From NCBI GenBank assembly GCA_963677605.2, contig CAXXDX010000002.1:266057-330056 (forward strand): a stretch of 64,000 bases of DNA, written 5' to 3'. Of this stretch, positions 55,190 to 64,000 are shown piece by piece; the stretch's first letter is position 1; the number at the start of each line of letters is the position of its first letter. Source of the stretch: Christensenellaceae bacterium (GTDB taxonomy: Bacteria > Bacillota > Clostridia > Christensenellales > UMGS416). Below the pieces are notes generated by a model. It was not told the DNA's origin. It made no database searches and saw only the letters and a list, made by a program, of their open reading frames with translations. Both the position numbers and the translations under genes were made by a program.

Positions 55190-56131
55190 TTATTTATTCC
55201 AAATAGCCTTCTTAGCTGCTTCAACAATATCCTTTGTGTCCATACCATATGCTTCAATAAGCTCCTGAGCTGAACCTGACTGAGGCCATACATCCTGCAG
55301 TCCTATACGCTCAACCGGCACCGGACACACCTTTGCAGACAGCTCACAAACAGCGCTTCCCAAGCCTCCGTTTACATTATGGTCTTCAACGGTAACTGCC
55401 GCGCCTGATTTTTTAAGCGCCGCACCTATAGTTTTCTCATCCAGAGGTTTTATAGTGTGCACTTCAACGACCTGCGCGCTTATGCCTTCTTCTTTAAGCT
55501 GTTTTGCAGCCTCCATTGTCTGGTTTATAAGGCTTCCGCATGCAAACAGCGCAACATCCTCGCCATCGCCATATACTTTTCTTGCTTTGCCTATCTCAAA
55601 AGGCATGTCTTCTTCATATACAACAGGATCGCGTCCGCTTCCTATTCGTATATATACAGGACCTTCCCACTCGGCAGCCGCGACAACAGCTTTTTGAACC
55701 TGATCCGCATCGGCAGGTACTAGTATTGTCATGCCGGGGATTGCGCGAAGTATTGCGATGTCCTCAAAGAACTGATGTGTAACACCTTCTTTTTCACCGC
55801 CTGCTATGCCGCCGTTTGCACCGACGAGCTTAACGTTTAAGTGAGGATATCCGACAAATGTGCGCACCTGCTCACACGCGCGCATTGTGATAAATCCTGC
55901 GTATGTCGCCATGAATGGCACCATTCCCGCCGAAGCCAAACCTGCCGCGACATCCACCGCGTTTTGTTCCGCGATGCCGACATCCACTGTGCGCTCCGGG
56001 TATTTCTCCACAAAAGGAACAGCCTTTATAACCAAAAGAGAGTCCGCCATAACAAGCGCAATGTCATCGCGCTTTTCGGCTATCCCCATAAGTCCATCTG
56101 TAAATCCAATTCTCGTGCTTTTAGTTTTCAT
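55190..56131 (-). CDS. transketolase, C-terminal (pyrimidine-binding) subunit
   Basis: 313-aa ORF with GIAEQNAVDVAAGLA and a C-terminal domain. It overlaps the N-terminal subunit gene by 4 nt. Confidence 0.9.
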   Translation of the reverse strand: MKTKSTRIGFTDGLMGIAEKRDDIALVMADSLLVIKAVPFVEKYPERTVDVGIAEQNAVDVAAGLASAGMVPFMATYAGFITMRACEQVRTFVGYPHLNVKLVGANGGIAGGEKEGVTHQFFEDIAILRAIPGMTILVPADADQVQKAVVAAAEWEGPVYIRIGSGRDPVVYEEDMPFEIGKARKVYGDGEDVALFACGSLINQTMEAAKQLKEEGISAQVVEVHTIKPLDEKTIGAALKKSGAAVTVEDHNVNGGLGSAVCELSAKVCPVPVERIGLQDVWPQSGSAQELIEAYGMDTKDIVEAAKKAIWNK

Positions 56132-56955
56132 AGTGATGCCTCCAATTCGCTGTCCAGCGCTTGGAGCGCTTCTTTAAGCTGCTCGGCATCGGGTGTGCCC
56201 TTGTGCCATGCGTTGTTGTGCTCCATATAAGGAACACCTTTACCTTTTACGGTGTGTGCGATTATAACTGATGGTACATCCTTTTCATTCTGCGCAGTTG
56301 TAATCGCACTGTGAATCGCCTCAAGGTCATGCCCATCTATCTCCTGCGTGTGCCAGCCGAACGACTGGAATCGGCCTGCGATATTTACCATGTTGCTGAC
56401 ATCCGATACAGTGCCTCCGCTCTGCATACCGTTGTTATCAACAAAAGCTATAAGTTTGTCGGCCTTGTATTTTGCTGCAGCATTTACTGCCTCCCACAAA
56501 ACACCTTCACCAAGCTCTCCGTCTCCGGTTATAACATAAACATAATTGTCTATTCCCTGCATACGCGCGGCAAGCGTCATTCCAAGACCGATTGAAAGCC
56601 CATTGCCCAATGAGCCGGATGTCATGTCAACGCCCGGAGTCTTAATGTCCGGATGCCCCTGCAGACGTGAGTTTATCTTTCTTAATGTCGGAAATTCATC
56701 CTCCGACAAGAATCCTTTTCTGGTAAGCGTCGCATACAAAACAGGACATGCATGTCCCTTGGACAGGATGAACCTGTCGCGCTCTTTCCACTTGGGATTT
56801 TGGGGATCAATCCTCATAAAATCGTTGTATATTACTGCCATGATGTCAGCGATTGATAACGCAGGGCCGGGATGTCCCTCGCCGCCCTGATGTATCATAG
56901 TTACCACATCTTTTCTTATCTGGCATGCAAATTTCTTTGTTTCCGCGATGTTCAT
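56128..56955 (-). CDS. transketolase, N-terminal (ThDP-binding) subunit
   Basis: 275-aa ORF with GEGHPGPALS, SKGHACP and GDGELGEGVLWEA. Confidence 0.9.
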   Translation of the reverse strand: MNIAETKKFACQIRKDVVTMIHQGGEGHPGPALSIADIMAVIYNDFMRIDPQNPKWKERDRFILSKGHACPVLYATLTRKGFLSEDEFPTLRKINSRLQGHPDIKTPGVDMTSGSLGNGLSIGLGMTLAARMQGIDNYVYVITGDGELGEGVLWEAVNAAAKYKADKLIAFVDNNGMQSGGTVSDVSNMVNIAGRFQSFGWHTQEIDGHDLEAIHSAITTAQNEKDVPSVIIAHTVKGKGVPYMEHNNAWHKGTPDAEQLKEALQALDSELEASL

Positions 56956-57614
56956 TTCATTTCCTCCAGCATTGCCTTAACCTGCTTTACGCAAAGTGGC
57001 GGGCTTGCAAGAACAGGCTTGCCCGATGCCTTCATAAGGCCTTCCTGCATGCGTCCCATTGAGCCCTGAGCCAGAACAAAGCAGTCCGCTTCTGATGCCA
57101 GTCTTTCAGCAGTTTCTAATATCGCTCTGTCGTGTCCTTCAGGATCTCCCGATACAAGCGCGTCATAAGCACCTTTTGCAAGGCCGCTAACAATCTTGAT
57201 TTCTTTGCCCGCTTTTTTTGCTTTTTCTTCAATCATGCGCATTGTTGGGTTAAGTGTTGTGGGTATTGTTGCCATAACAGCAACAGAAGTATAGTTGTTT
57301 ACAACCTCATCGCCCATTGCGTCATCGATTTTAACTATAGGAACATCAATCATAGGCTGTGCAATGTCGACAATCTCGCGTACCGACGAGCATGTGTTTA
57401 TAATTAAATCCGCTCCCATGTCCTGCGCTATCATGAAATACTGAGTTAGCCTTTTAATTACTGCAGGTGTAAGTTTGCCCGCTCGTATCACGTCGCGTAT
57501 CAGCGTATCGTCAATTATATTGTTATATTCTATGTCCTCGATGCCTTCTTTAAACACCTTCTGCAAAGGGCCTGAAAGACCTTGACCTGTGTATACTGCG
57601 ATTATCTTTTTCAT
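56952..57614 (-). CDS. Asp/Glu/hydantoin racemase family protein
   Basis: 220-aa ORF with the family-typical N-terminus IIAVYTGQG and an INTCSS block. Family-level call only. Confidence 0.6.
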   Translation of the reverse strand: MKKIIAVYTGQGLSGPLQKVFKEGIEDIEYNNIIDDTLIRDVIRAGKLTPAVIKRLTQYFMIAQDMGADLIINTCSSVREIVDIAQPMIDVPIVKIDDAMGDEVVNNYTSVAVMATIPTTLNPTMRMIEEKAKKAGKEIKIVSGLAKGAYDALVSGDPEGHDRAILETAERLASEADCFVLAQGSMGRMQEGLMKASGKPVLASPPLCVKQVKAMLEEMK

Positions 57615-57629
57615 AATTTCTCCCTCGTT

Positions 57630-59066
57630 TTAGTCCGCTGCTATAAATCTTACTGCCTGATATGGTTTTCCCGGAAGCGGAATCTCGCATGCTCCCTCAA
57701 ATTCACCTTCAAGCTCAGTTATTGTCATCTCCCATGTGTCTATTACTTCACATTTATATTTTCTTCCCTCAGGAAGTATGCATGTTTTCATAATAGGCTG
57801 TCTGTTGCCGACATATACAAGGAAATAATCTTCCTTGTAACCCACTGCAAAACGCATGCCTTCATTTAAAGTTGTAGGCACAAGATATCCGGGTGCTTCG
57901 TTTATTATTTTTACAAGGAATGCTATCCGCTCGGGGCTTTGCCCGTGAAGCTTTCCGCCTTTTGCCCACCAGAGGATATCATCTGGGTGCATGTATGTTT
58001 CGCCGTGGCCGGCGTAACCTCCGCGCGCATATGCTTCCCACATCCTGTTTGACATCTCCTCTGCTGTGATGTTTCCCCAGTTGTTTGTGATGTTTCCTTC
58101 ATAACAGCATTCGTCGATTACGACAGGCTTTTTATATGTGTCAAGCCATTCGGTAGTTCTCTGAATGTCGCTGTGCTGTATGCTGCAGTGAGTCACCCAC
58201 GGCTTGCCGTGGTCATAAAAACCTCTGCAGTTGTGAATGGAGCGAAGATGATTATACGGATCATACTGCTGGATTATCTTAAAGAACCTGTCCCAATCCG
58301 CTAGTGTTTTAGCTCCCATAAGGTCATATTCGTTTGCAAACGACCACCACAGATTACGGTATGCGGAAATCCTTGCCGCCAAGTATTTAAGATATCTGTC
58401 GTCTGCTTCCGCCGGCATTTTTGAAAATCCCCACCTGTCATACTCGTGGAAAAGGATTAAATCCGCTTCGATGCCCATATCCATAAGCGCTACGATACAT
58501 TCTTCCAAATGCTCAAAGTACTGTGGATTAAACCGCTCAAAATCCCAGCCGTCCTTAAGGCTTCCTTCAAACGGATAAAACCTCGGTTCATTGGCATTGA
58601 ATGTGTAATGCTTCGGAAAAACGCACATGCGCATTTTGTTAAAAGGCGCGGTTTTAAGCGTCTCAAGCGTTTGTTTTTCAAGCTCCTCGCTCTGATGATT
58701 CCACACATATGATGTAGTTCCAATCGGGTGATGAGGCGTTCCGTCCTCATATGCGAAGTGGTATCTGTCTATAACGCGAACAGGCCCGTGGTTTCCTTCG
58801 GATGGCGCGGTGCAAAGAAATTCGCCGCACTCACCGTCAAAGCCATGAGCATTGGTTGAAACACTGTAACTCCATGTTCCTTCCACATCAGGCATAAAAC
58901 GTATTTTATATTCACCGTTTCCGTTATAAAATCCGTTTACGCTGACTTTCCTTCCGCCGATTTTAAATTCTGCACAAACTTCCGCTTCTGTAAAGGGATT
59001 GACTTCAAGCTCGCCTTTATATACAAGCTCGAAGACACCCCATTTTTCAACATTCTTTATGCTCAT
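57630..59066 (-). CDS. DUF5060 + DUF4038 (GH140-like, clan GH-A TIM barrel) glycoside hydrolase, paralog B
   Basis: 478-aa ORF. It has an N-terminal beta-sandwich-like region (KWGVFELVY...YKIRFMPDVEGTWSY), then WWSFANEYDLM (NE acid/base-like) and VVIDECCYEGN (nucleophile-like Glu). Confidence 0.55.
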   Translation of the reverse strand: MSIKNVEKWGVFELVYKGELEVNPFTEAEVCAEFKIGGRKVSVNGFYNGNGEYKIRFMPDVEGTWSYSVSTNAHGFDGECGEFLCTAPSEGNHGPVRVIDRYHFAYEDGTPHHPIGTTSYVWNHQSEELEKQTLETLKTAPFNKMRMCVFPKHYTFNANEPRFYPFEGSLKDGWDFERFNPQYFEHLEECIVALMDMGIEADLILFHEYDRWGFSKMPAEADDRYLKYLAARISAYRNLWWSFANEYDLMGAKTLADWDRFFKIIQQYDPYNHLRSIHNCRGFYDHGKPWVTHCSIQHSDIQRTTEWLDTYKKPVVIDECCYEGNITNNWGNITAEEMSNRMWEAYARGGYAGHGETYMHPDDILWWAKGGKLHGQSPERIAFLVKIINEAPGYLVPTTLNEGMRFAVGYKEDYFLVYVGNRQPIMKTCILPEGRKYKCEVIDTWEMTITELEGEFEGACEIPLPGKPYQAVRFIAAD

Positions 59067-59084
59067 AAAAGCTCCTAAGCTTTA

Positions 59085-60842
59085 TTAGTCGAGTGCAACT
59101 GCACCATCCACGTGAAGCTCGCCCTCTTTCATCGGTGCCTTGTCCATCACTTTGCGTCCGCTGTAGAGAGGATAATATGTTCCTTTTGGAGTGATTCCGA
59201 CAACTTCGTCGCCAACCCACTTTGTGCCGTAGTTTAACCCTGCAGCAGTTTCCACAGTCTCACGCTCAATCTGCTGGAATGTAACTGTGATTTTCTCACC
59301 GGGCATTGCTCCTTTAAGTAGTATAAAGCAGCCTTTTACCCACGGAAGATCGCGTCCCGAGAACTTGTCTCCGTTTCCTCTTGTTACTGTAACACCACCG
59401 AAAGGTGTCCATTCAGGTATGCGCACAAGAAGCTCAGGTATCTCGCGGTTTACGTGGAGTTCCACTTTTCCTTCATGCGGAAGATAGCTCAATACGTCCA
59501 AGTCTTCCGTTGCTCGGTTGAGCAGCATATTAACGCTTACACGTCCGTTATCCTGTTTTGTAACGATATTCTGCCAGCCTGTGTATAGTCCGCGTGTTCC
59601 GGAAGCTACGCAGCATGTCTGAACATCCATGATATGTCCTCTGCCGTGTACACCACTGTAAACAAAGTCATTGGGCGCTGCATAGCCTGCGAATGTTCCG
59701 CGAAGGCGCTCAGCCACTTTGTAGTATGTTTTCTCGCCGGGTATATCCATCTTCTTGTCTTCGCGCTGCTTAATCCAGCTGGTATCCAGTATCTGAGCTT
59801 CTGTCAGATGGTTGCGAAGGAAGCGTTCTGCAACGCCCCAATATTCGGTATATCCCTGTTTTGCAAGCTTGATGGCGATAGAGATAGCATCAACCAGTGT
59901 GCATGTTTCGTGCTCATATTCCTGATCTTCAAGGTCTCCCGGTGTCCAGCCGAAGCTTGTGCACTTTGTAAGTCCCCAGTCAAAGCTCTTTTTAACAAAA
60001 GCGAATATGGAAGAATCCCCTGTCGCTTCAGCAAAACGCGCAAGAGAGTTAAGAGTTCCCATGCGTGTGTGGAAGTGTCCGTTTCTGTATCCGAGAGCGT
60101 CGTTGAAGCTTCCGTCGGAATTAAACACACCGCTTCTAAACATTATGTTTGATGCGAAGTTTTCGGCAAGCTCATATGCGTCGCGGTTTCCCGTCGCTTC
60201 ATAATAGCGAGTAAGCGGCATAACCTGACGTCCCCACATTGCAGCAGGATCGTAGGCCAGACGAGTGTGCACTGCGTCAAATGACGGCCATCCGCTGTCA
60301 GTATATTCTGAGCCCGGATAATACCATGAAATGCGTTCTTTCCTTGCGATCTTTTTAAGCGCTGCAACATGTCTGTCCGCGTAGCCTTTAATCTTTTCAT
60401 CCTGAGTGTCCAAAAACCATGTGGTAAGCCCGAGTATTACGGAGCGCTGATCAATCATGCTGGCGGATTCCCTGAATTTCGCCTGATGCTCAATTATTGT
60501 TTCTTCATCAAATGTATTGCGTCTGAAGCTTAATCCGTTCGGTCTGAAAGTTTTGAGCAGATTTTCGCGGTAATGCTGTTCGATATCTTCTCCATACTTG
60601 CTTCCAGTCATCCTGCGCGCAAGCAAAATGCAGTCCACCAAACGTCCGTGGCTTGAGCCGTAGTCCCAGTTTCCGTGGCTCATCCATGCCGGATCAGACT
60701 GAAAGAATCCGCTGAAAAACGGTATAAACTCATAGTCCTCATCCGCAACGTTAATCATCGCATTGAGCGCAATTTCCGCGCGCTCTTCCAGATTAAGCGT
60801 ATCCGGCATCTTAAGTGTTCTTGCTTTAGTCATCTCGTTCAC
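59085..60842 (-). CDS. conserved hypothetical protein, 585 aa; possibly an (alpha/alpha)-barrel carbohydrate-active enzyme
   Basis: Long clean ORF with an RBS, cytoplasmic (no signal peptide). I cannot place it in a named family from sequence alone. Confidence 0.6.
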   Translation of the reverse strand: MNEMTKARTLKMPDTLNLEERAEIALNAMINVADEDYEFIPFFSGFFQSDPAWMSHGNWDYGSSHGRLVDCILLARRMTGSKYGEDIEQHYRENLLKTFRPNGLSFRRNTFDEETIIEHQAKFRESASMIDQRSVILGLTTWFLDTQDEKIKGYADRHVAALKKIARKERISWYYPGSEYTDSGWPSFDAVHTRLAYDPAAMWGRQVMPLTRYYEATGNRDAYELAENFASNIMFRSGVFNSDGSFNDALGYRNGHFHTRMGTLNSLARFAEATGDSSIFAFVKKSFDWGLTKCTSFGWTPGDLEDQEYEHETCTLVDAISIAIKLAKQGYTEYWGVAERFLRNHLTEAQILDTSWIKQREDKKMDIPGEKTYYKVAERLRGTFAGYAAPNDFVYSGVHGRGHIMDVQTCCVASGTRGLYTGWQNIVTKQDNGRVSVNMLLNRATEDLDVLSYLPHEGKVELHVNREIPELLVRIPEWTPFGGVTVTRGNGDKFSGRDLPWVKGCFILLKGAMPGEKITVTFQQIERETVETAAGLNYGTKWVGDEVVGITPKGTYYPLYSGRKVMDKAPMKEGELHVDGAVALD

Positions 60843-60872
60843 TCCTTATTCTCGTAAAAAATTAATTCCAAC

Positions 60873-62387
60873 TTATTGTGCGGGTGTAAGCCTTATGGCG
60901 AGATACTTCTTATCCGGAAGCTTGATTGTTTTTTCCTCGCTGTCCGCATATCCATACTGCCCTTTTTCACCCACCGTGAAGATTTCATCGACTTCGTCTA
61001 TAGTCATATTCCATGTGTCGAGTATCTCTGCCTTATACTTTGTGCCCGGCTCCATTACGACATCTTTTGCAGGTATGAAAAATTTCCATTCATCAGGCAT
61101 TTCGTTTCCGAAATATATAAGGAAATGCTTTTCATCCTTTTTGGCCATTCCGGCAAGCCACCACTTGTCAACAGCAGTCCAGCCGTGTCCCGAGCCTTCC
61201 TCGATTATTTTCTTTAAAAAGGCTATGCGCTCTCCGCTTTCGCCCTTAAGGTTACCGCCGACAGCAGTCCAGACAAGCTCACCGTTTTCATCCGGCAGGT
61301 CGATTACTTCGCCGTGCCCGACATAAGCCCCTGCTATCATTCCGTTCCAGAACCTTCTTGTCATCTCCTGCGCGGAAAGGTTTCCCCACCTTGCATCAAA
61401 GTTTCCTTCATAGCATACTTCATCATAGATAACAGGCTTATGATAGGCTTTAACCAGAAGCACTGCTCTGCCAGCTTCATCCACAGCCATGCCGTCCTGA
61501 ACTGTCGCGTGAGTTATCCACGGTTTCCAGCTTTCATAAAGCCTCATATAGTTGTGTATTGAAAGAAGGTGATTGTATGGATCGGCATCTTCCACCACCT
61601 GACACAAGTCATGCCATTGTTCAGTTGTTTTGGTTAAAACAAGGTCATATTCATTAGCAAGCGACCACCACACATTTCTGTATGCAGCAAATCTGCTCAC
61701 GCAGTACTTCAAAAACATGACGTCCGCATCCTGAGGTTTTTGAGAATATCCCCAGTCCTTCGCATATGGGTGCAAAAGTATAAGGTCGACCTCGACTCCT
61801 ATATCCATAAGCCTTTGCAGGCGGTCTTCAATCATCTGGAAGTACTTCGGATCAAAACGCGAAAAATCCCAGTCTTTCTTTGACTCGCCAACATAAGGAT
61901 AATGCCTCATGTTTTCATCGCTGAACTCACTGTGGTGCGGAGTTACGCCTGTTCTCATTTTATTAAACGGACTGTTTTTAAGGCTTTCAATCGTCTGATA
62001 GGCAAGCTTGTCTTTCTGGTGCACCCATCCGTATGAAGTTGATCCAAACGGATAATACGGCGTACCGTCAGCATAGGCAAAGTGAAACTGCTCGGCAACT
62101 TCCACTGGTCCGTGATTGTCGCCTGTGGCTTCGGTGCACATAAACGTGCCTTCTTTGCCATCGAGCTCTTCTTTGTTGCTTGTTGTAGTATACTTCCACA
62201 CGCCTAGAGCTTTTGGCATAAAACGTATACGGAAAGTATCGTCCCCGTCATAGAATCCGCTTACTTTAACCTCGGTTGCTTCATTTTTAAAAACCGCTGT
62301 AAAAGATATATCCACAAAAGGATTAGCTGTTTCTGCGCATTTAAACTCCGCTTCAAACATTCCCCATTTTTCTATTGTAATACTCAC
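60873..62387 (-). CDS. DUF5060 + DUF4038 (GH140-like) glycoside hydrolase, paralog A
   Basis: 504-aa ORF colinear with 57630-59066: KWGMFEAEF...FRIRFMPKALGVWKY, WWSLANEYDLV and VIYDEVCYEGN. Confidence 0.55.
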   Translation of the reverse strand: MSITIEKWGMFEAEFKCAETANPFVDISFTAVFKNEATEVKVSGFYDGDDTFRIRFMPKALGVWKYTTTSNKEELDGKEGTFMCTEATGDNHGPVEVAEQFHFAYADGTPYYPFGSTSYGWVHQKDKLAYQTIESLKNSPFNKMRTGVTPHHSEFSDENMRHYPYVGESKKDWDFSRFDPKYFQMIEDRLQRLMDIGVEVDLILLHPYAKDWGYSQKPQDADVMFLKYCVSRFAAYRNVWWSLANEYDLVLTKTTEQWHDLCQVVEDADPYNHLLSIHNYMRLYESWKPWITHATVQDGMAVDEAGRAVLLVKAYHKPVIYDEVCYEGNFDARWGNLSAQEMTRRFWNGMIAGAYVGHGEVIDLPDENGELVWTAVGGNLKGESGERIAFLKKIIEEGSGHGWTAVDKWWLAGMAKKDEKHFLIYFGNEMPDEWKFFIPAKDVVMEPGTKYKAEILDTWNMTIDEVDEIFTVGEKGQYGYADSEEKTIKLPDKKYLAIRLTPAQ

Positions 62388-62419
62388 AAATAATATCCCT
62401 TCACTGTTTAACTGATTGT

Positions 62420-63847
62420 TTATCGTCCGAGAAGATAGCTGTCCACTTTCTCCTGAGCGTCATCATCATAAAAATCAATGTCCAGACCGTCGATGTATTT
62501 GAGCGCTTCCGCAACTACCGGAAGAACATCTCCGTGAACACCGACACAATGGTGAACATATGGGCCTTCAACCAGCTTCTTTTCAAGTTTAAGCCAATCT
62601 TTAACTTCAATCCATACATAGGTTCCCCAAATATATGGACCCTCTATACCTTTTGCAGCTCCAGCCAAAAGGCTGTATTTTCCGCCGTCTCCGTCAAAGC
62701 GCAGTATAGTCATTTCGCCGCCTTTGATTTCAGAAAGAACTGCACCGGGCTTTTCACCAGGCAACGCAAACGGACTTCCAAGCTTGGCTTTTGTTCCTGC
62801 TTTACAAAGCGAAATAGGATAAGGTCCGCAGTGCTGCAAAAGCTCGCCGTTGTCGTTTGACGGATGGCGTACTGTCCAGTCAGCAAAGAATGTAGCGGTC
62901 GTGCCCATTGCTGCCGCCTGTGCGATAACCGATGTTATAGCGCCGTGAATGTCTGTTTCGCATGCCACAGGTATTCCTTCGTCTGTAAGCAGCGCGTTTC
63001 CTGTGCAAGGCATCAGGCCAAGGTCTGCCTGCAGCGCGTCCCAGCACTGTATAGCTGCGGCCTGACATTTGTTTTTATCCACAAAATATCTTACAGCAGT
63101 TTTAAGGGCGGCAACTTTGAGTACGCCTTCCTCGTCAACGCACACTTCCATGTTTTTGTTTATATGCTCAATCGTTTCTTTTACTTTATCATCAGGCTTT
63201 TCGATAAGCTGTTTTGCCTTGCGCACTACATCGCTCAGCGGAATCGGGCTTATCTGAATTCCGAACTTTTCAAGAAGCTCGCCTTCGTTATACATCATTG
63301 TCCAGAAATCCGAAGGTCTTGTAGAAATCTGAAGCACTCTTAGGTTTCTGAACACCTTCACAACATTTGCGGCTGCAATGAAGTTTTTGATGCCTCTTTC
63401 AAAGCTTGCATCCTGCAGAGTGTCGTTAGGAATATAAGTAAACGGCACTTTGAAGCGGCGAAGCACTTTACCTGTTGCAAACAGTCCACACTGCGAGTCG
63501 CGAAGCCTTGAGCCATCCGGAAGCGGATCTTCATCCCTCGGTCCCCATATTGCGACCGGAAGTCCCATTTTCTTTGAAAGCTTGCCTATAATGTCTTCCG
63601 TTCCGAAGTTACAGTGAGGAAAAAACAAAGCATCAACACCGTTTTCCTGCATTTTTGCCATTATTGCATCCAGATCGTCCTCTGAATAAAATAAACCTTC
63701 GTCATTTATGTCTTCTATATCCACATAGTCAATGTTAAGTTCTTTTAAGCGGTCGTAAGTCAGGTCTTTAAATTTTAAAGCATCCTCTTTAGAAAAGATA
63801 AATCTTCTTGTTGGCACAACGCCAAGTTTTACTGTGTATTTTTCCAT
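62420..63847 (-). CDS. L-fucose/L-arabinose isomerase family protein
   Basis: About 475 aa. It has GVVPTRR near the N-terminus and the ACETDIHGAITS metal-site-like block. I place the start at the ATG at 63845-63847, after AAGGAG. The track uses a TTG two codons upstream. Confidence 0.7.
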   Translation of the reverse strand: MEKYTVKLGVVPTRRFIFSKEDALKFKDLTYDRLKELNIDYVDIEDINDEGLFYSEDDLDAIMAKMQENGVDALFFPHCNFGTEDIIGKLSKKMGLPVAIWGPRDEDPLPDGSRLRDSQCGLFATGKVLRRFKVPFTYIPNDTLQDASFERGIKNFIAAANVVKVFRNLRVLQISTRPSDFWTMMYNEGELLEKFGIQISPIPLSDVVRKAKQLIEKPDDKVKETIEHINKNMEVCVDEEGVLKVAALKTAVRYFVDKNKCQAAAIQCWDALQADLGLMPCTGNALLTDEGIPVACETDIHGAITSVIAQAAAMGTTATFFADWTVRHPSNDNGELLQHCGPYPISLCKAGTKAKLGSPFALPGEKPGAVLSEIKGGEMTILRFDGDGGKYSLLAGAAKGIEGPYIWGTYVWIEVKDWLKLEKKLVEGPYVHHCVGVHGDVLPVVAEALKYIDGLDIDFYDDDAQEKVDSYLLGR

Positions 63848-63849
63848 AA

Positions 63850-64000
63850 TCAAATCTCCTTCACACTGTTTCTTTTAATCAAATCAGTTCCGATTAATAT
63901 TTTGATATTCTCATTCGTTTTTGAATTTATAATGTCTGAAAGCCTTCTTACAGCAACTGCGCCCATACCTTCATTGCTTACTTTAACTGTTGTAAGCTGT
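63850..64000 (-). CDS. LacI family transcriptional regulator, C-terminal 49 codons; the gene continues beyond the right edge
   Basis: My translation is QLTTVKVSNEGMGAVAVRRLSDIINSKTNENIKILIGTDLIKRNSVKEI-stop, the typical LacI C-terminal pattern. The stop is at 63850-63852, just upstream of the isomerase start. Confidence 0.65.
   Translation of the reverse strand, partial: QLTTVKVSNEGMGAVAVRRLSDIINSKTNENIKILIGTDLIKRNSVKEI

Noticed and set aside
60763-61326. 187-aa plus-strand ORF overlapping the end of one gene and the start of the next. The same applies to the similar antisense ORFs at 54765-55268, 59634-60152 and 62864-63343.
   Set aside because: All are embedded antisense in long, motif-supported minus-strand genes. 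They have Ser/Cys/Arg-rich nonsense-like translations and no RBS.
1-64000. Search for CRISPR arrays, tRNA/rRNA genes, transposases, integrases, prophage modules, restriction-modification or toxin-antitoxin pairs
   Set aside because: I saw no regularly spaced direct repeats, no cloverleaf-like or rRNA-like segments in the intergenic regions, and no ORF with recombinase, nuclease-methylase or small paired toxin/antitoxin features. Every ORF over 200 aa could be assigned to metabolic, transport, signalling or envelope functions. This was done by eye only. tRNAscan, Infernal and defence-finder runs would be needed to be certain.

Overview
This looks like a 64-kb chromosomal segment from a low-GC Gram-positive anaerobe, probably Clostridia. 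That call is an inference from GGAGG-type ribosome binding sites, AT-rich codon use, lipoprotein signal peptides and gene content. I count about 56 protein-coding genes, almost all on the minus strand, many with 4-nt start/stop overlaps that indicate operons. By eye I found no rRNA, tRNA, CRISPR array, transposase, integrase, phage gene or recognisable defence gene.

Blocks from left to right:
1. 1-958: 5' part of an alpha-glucan phosphorylase gene.
2. 1.0-5.7 kb: three consecutive membrane-bound c-di-GMP turnover genes.
3. 5.8-18.8 kb: one long minus-strand cluster. It holds a thiolase, a frameshifted SDR, a KASIII-like enzyme, LivHMGF plus a binding protein, a CoA-transferase, an alpha/beta hydrolase, a TetR regulator and an acetate kinase paralog.
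4. 19.0-25.3 kb: an AT-rich, translationally coupled, Arn-like envelope glycosylation operon. Transcription order is methyltransferase, GT-C transferase, DegT aminotransferase, polyprenyl-phosphate GT2, ATP-grasp ligase, dTDP-glucose 4,6-dehydratase.
5. 25.6-33.7 kb: a sulfur-trafficking island. It encodes two rhodanese lipoproteins, a TrxR-like fusion protein, a split YeeE/YedE channel with a TusA-like gene between the halves, a divergent LysR regulator, and a second TusA-like gene coupled to a DASS permease.
6. 33.8-40.5 kb: a sugar ABC transporter with a YesM/YesN-type two-component system and an esterase.
7. 40.6-41.8 kb: a second acetate kinase.
8. 42.3-48.5 kb: an MntR-like regulator and a second envelope-modification cluster (two GT-C-like proteins, an MBOAT and a DltD-like partner).
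9. 48.9-64.0 kb: carbohydrate genes. These are a GH42 beta-galactosidase, an Fe-ADH, and an 11-gene unassigned catabolic locus with two DUF4038/GH140-like paralogs, a split transketolase, a Zn-ADH, a FucI-like isomerase and a LacI regulator.

The best candidate for an undescribed system is the sulfur island. A predicted extracytoplasmic rhodanese relay is coupled there to YeeE/TusA and an unusual flavoprotein. All family calls come from motif recognition by eye. No database search was run.
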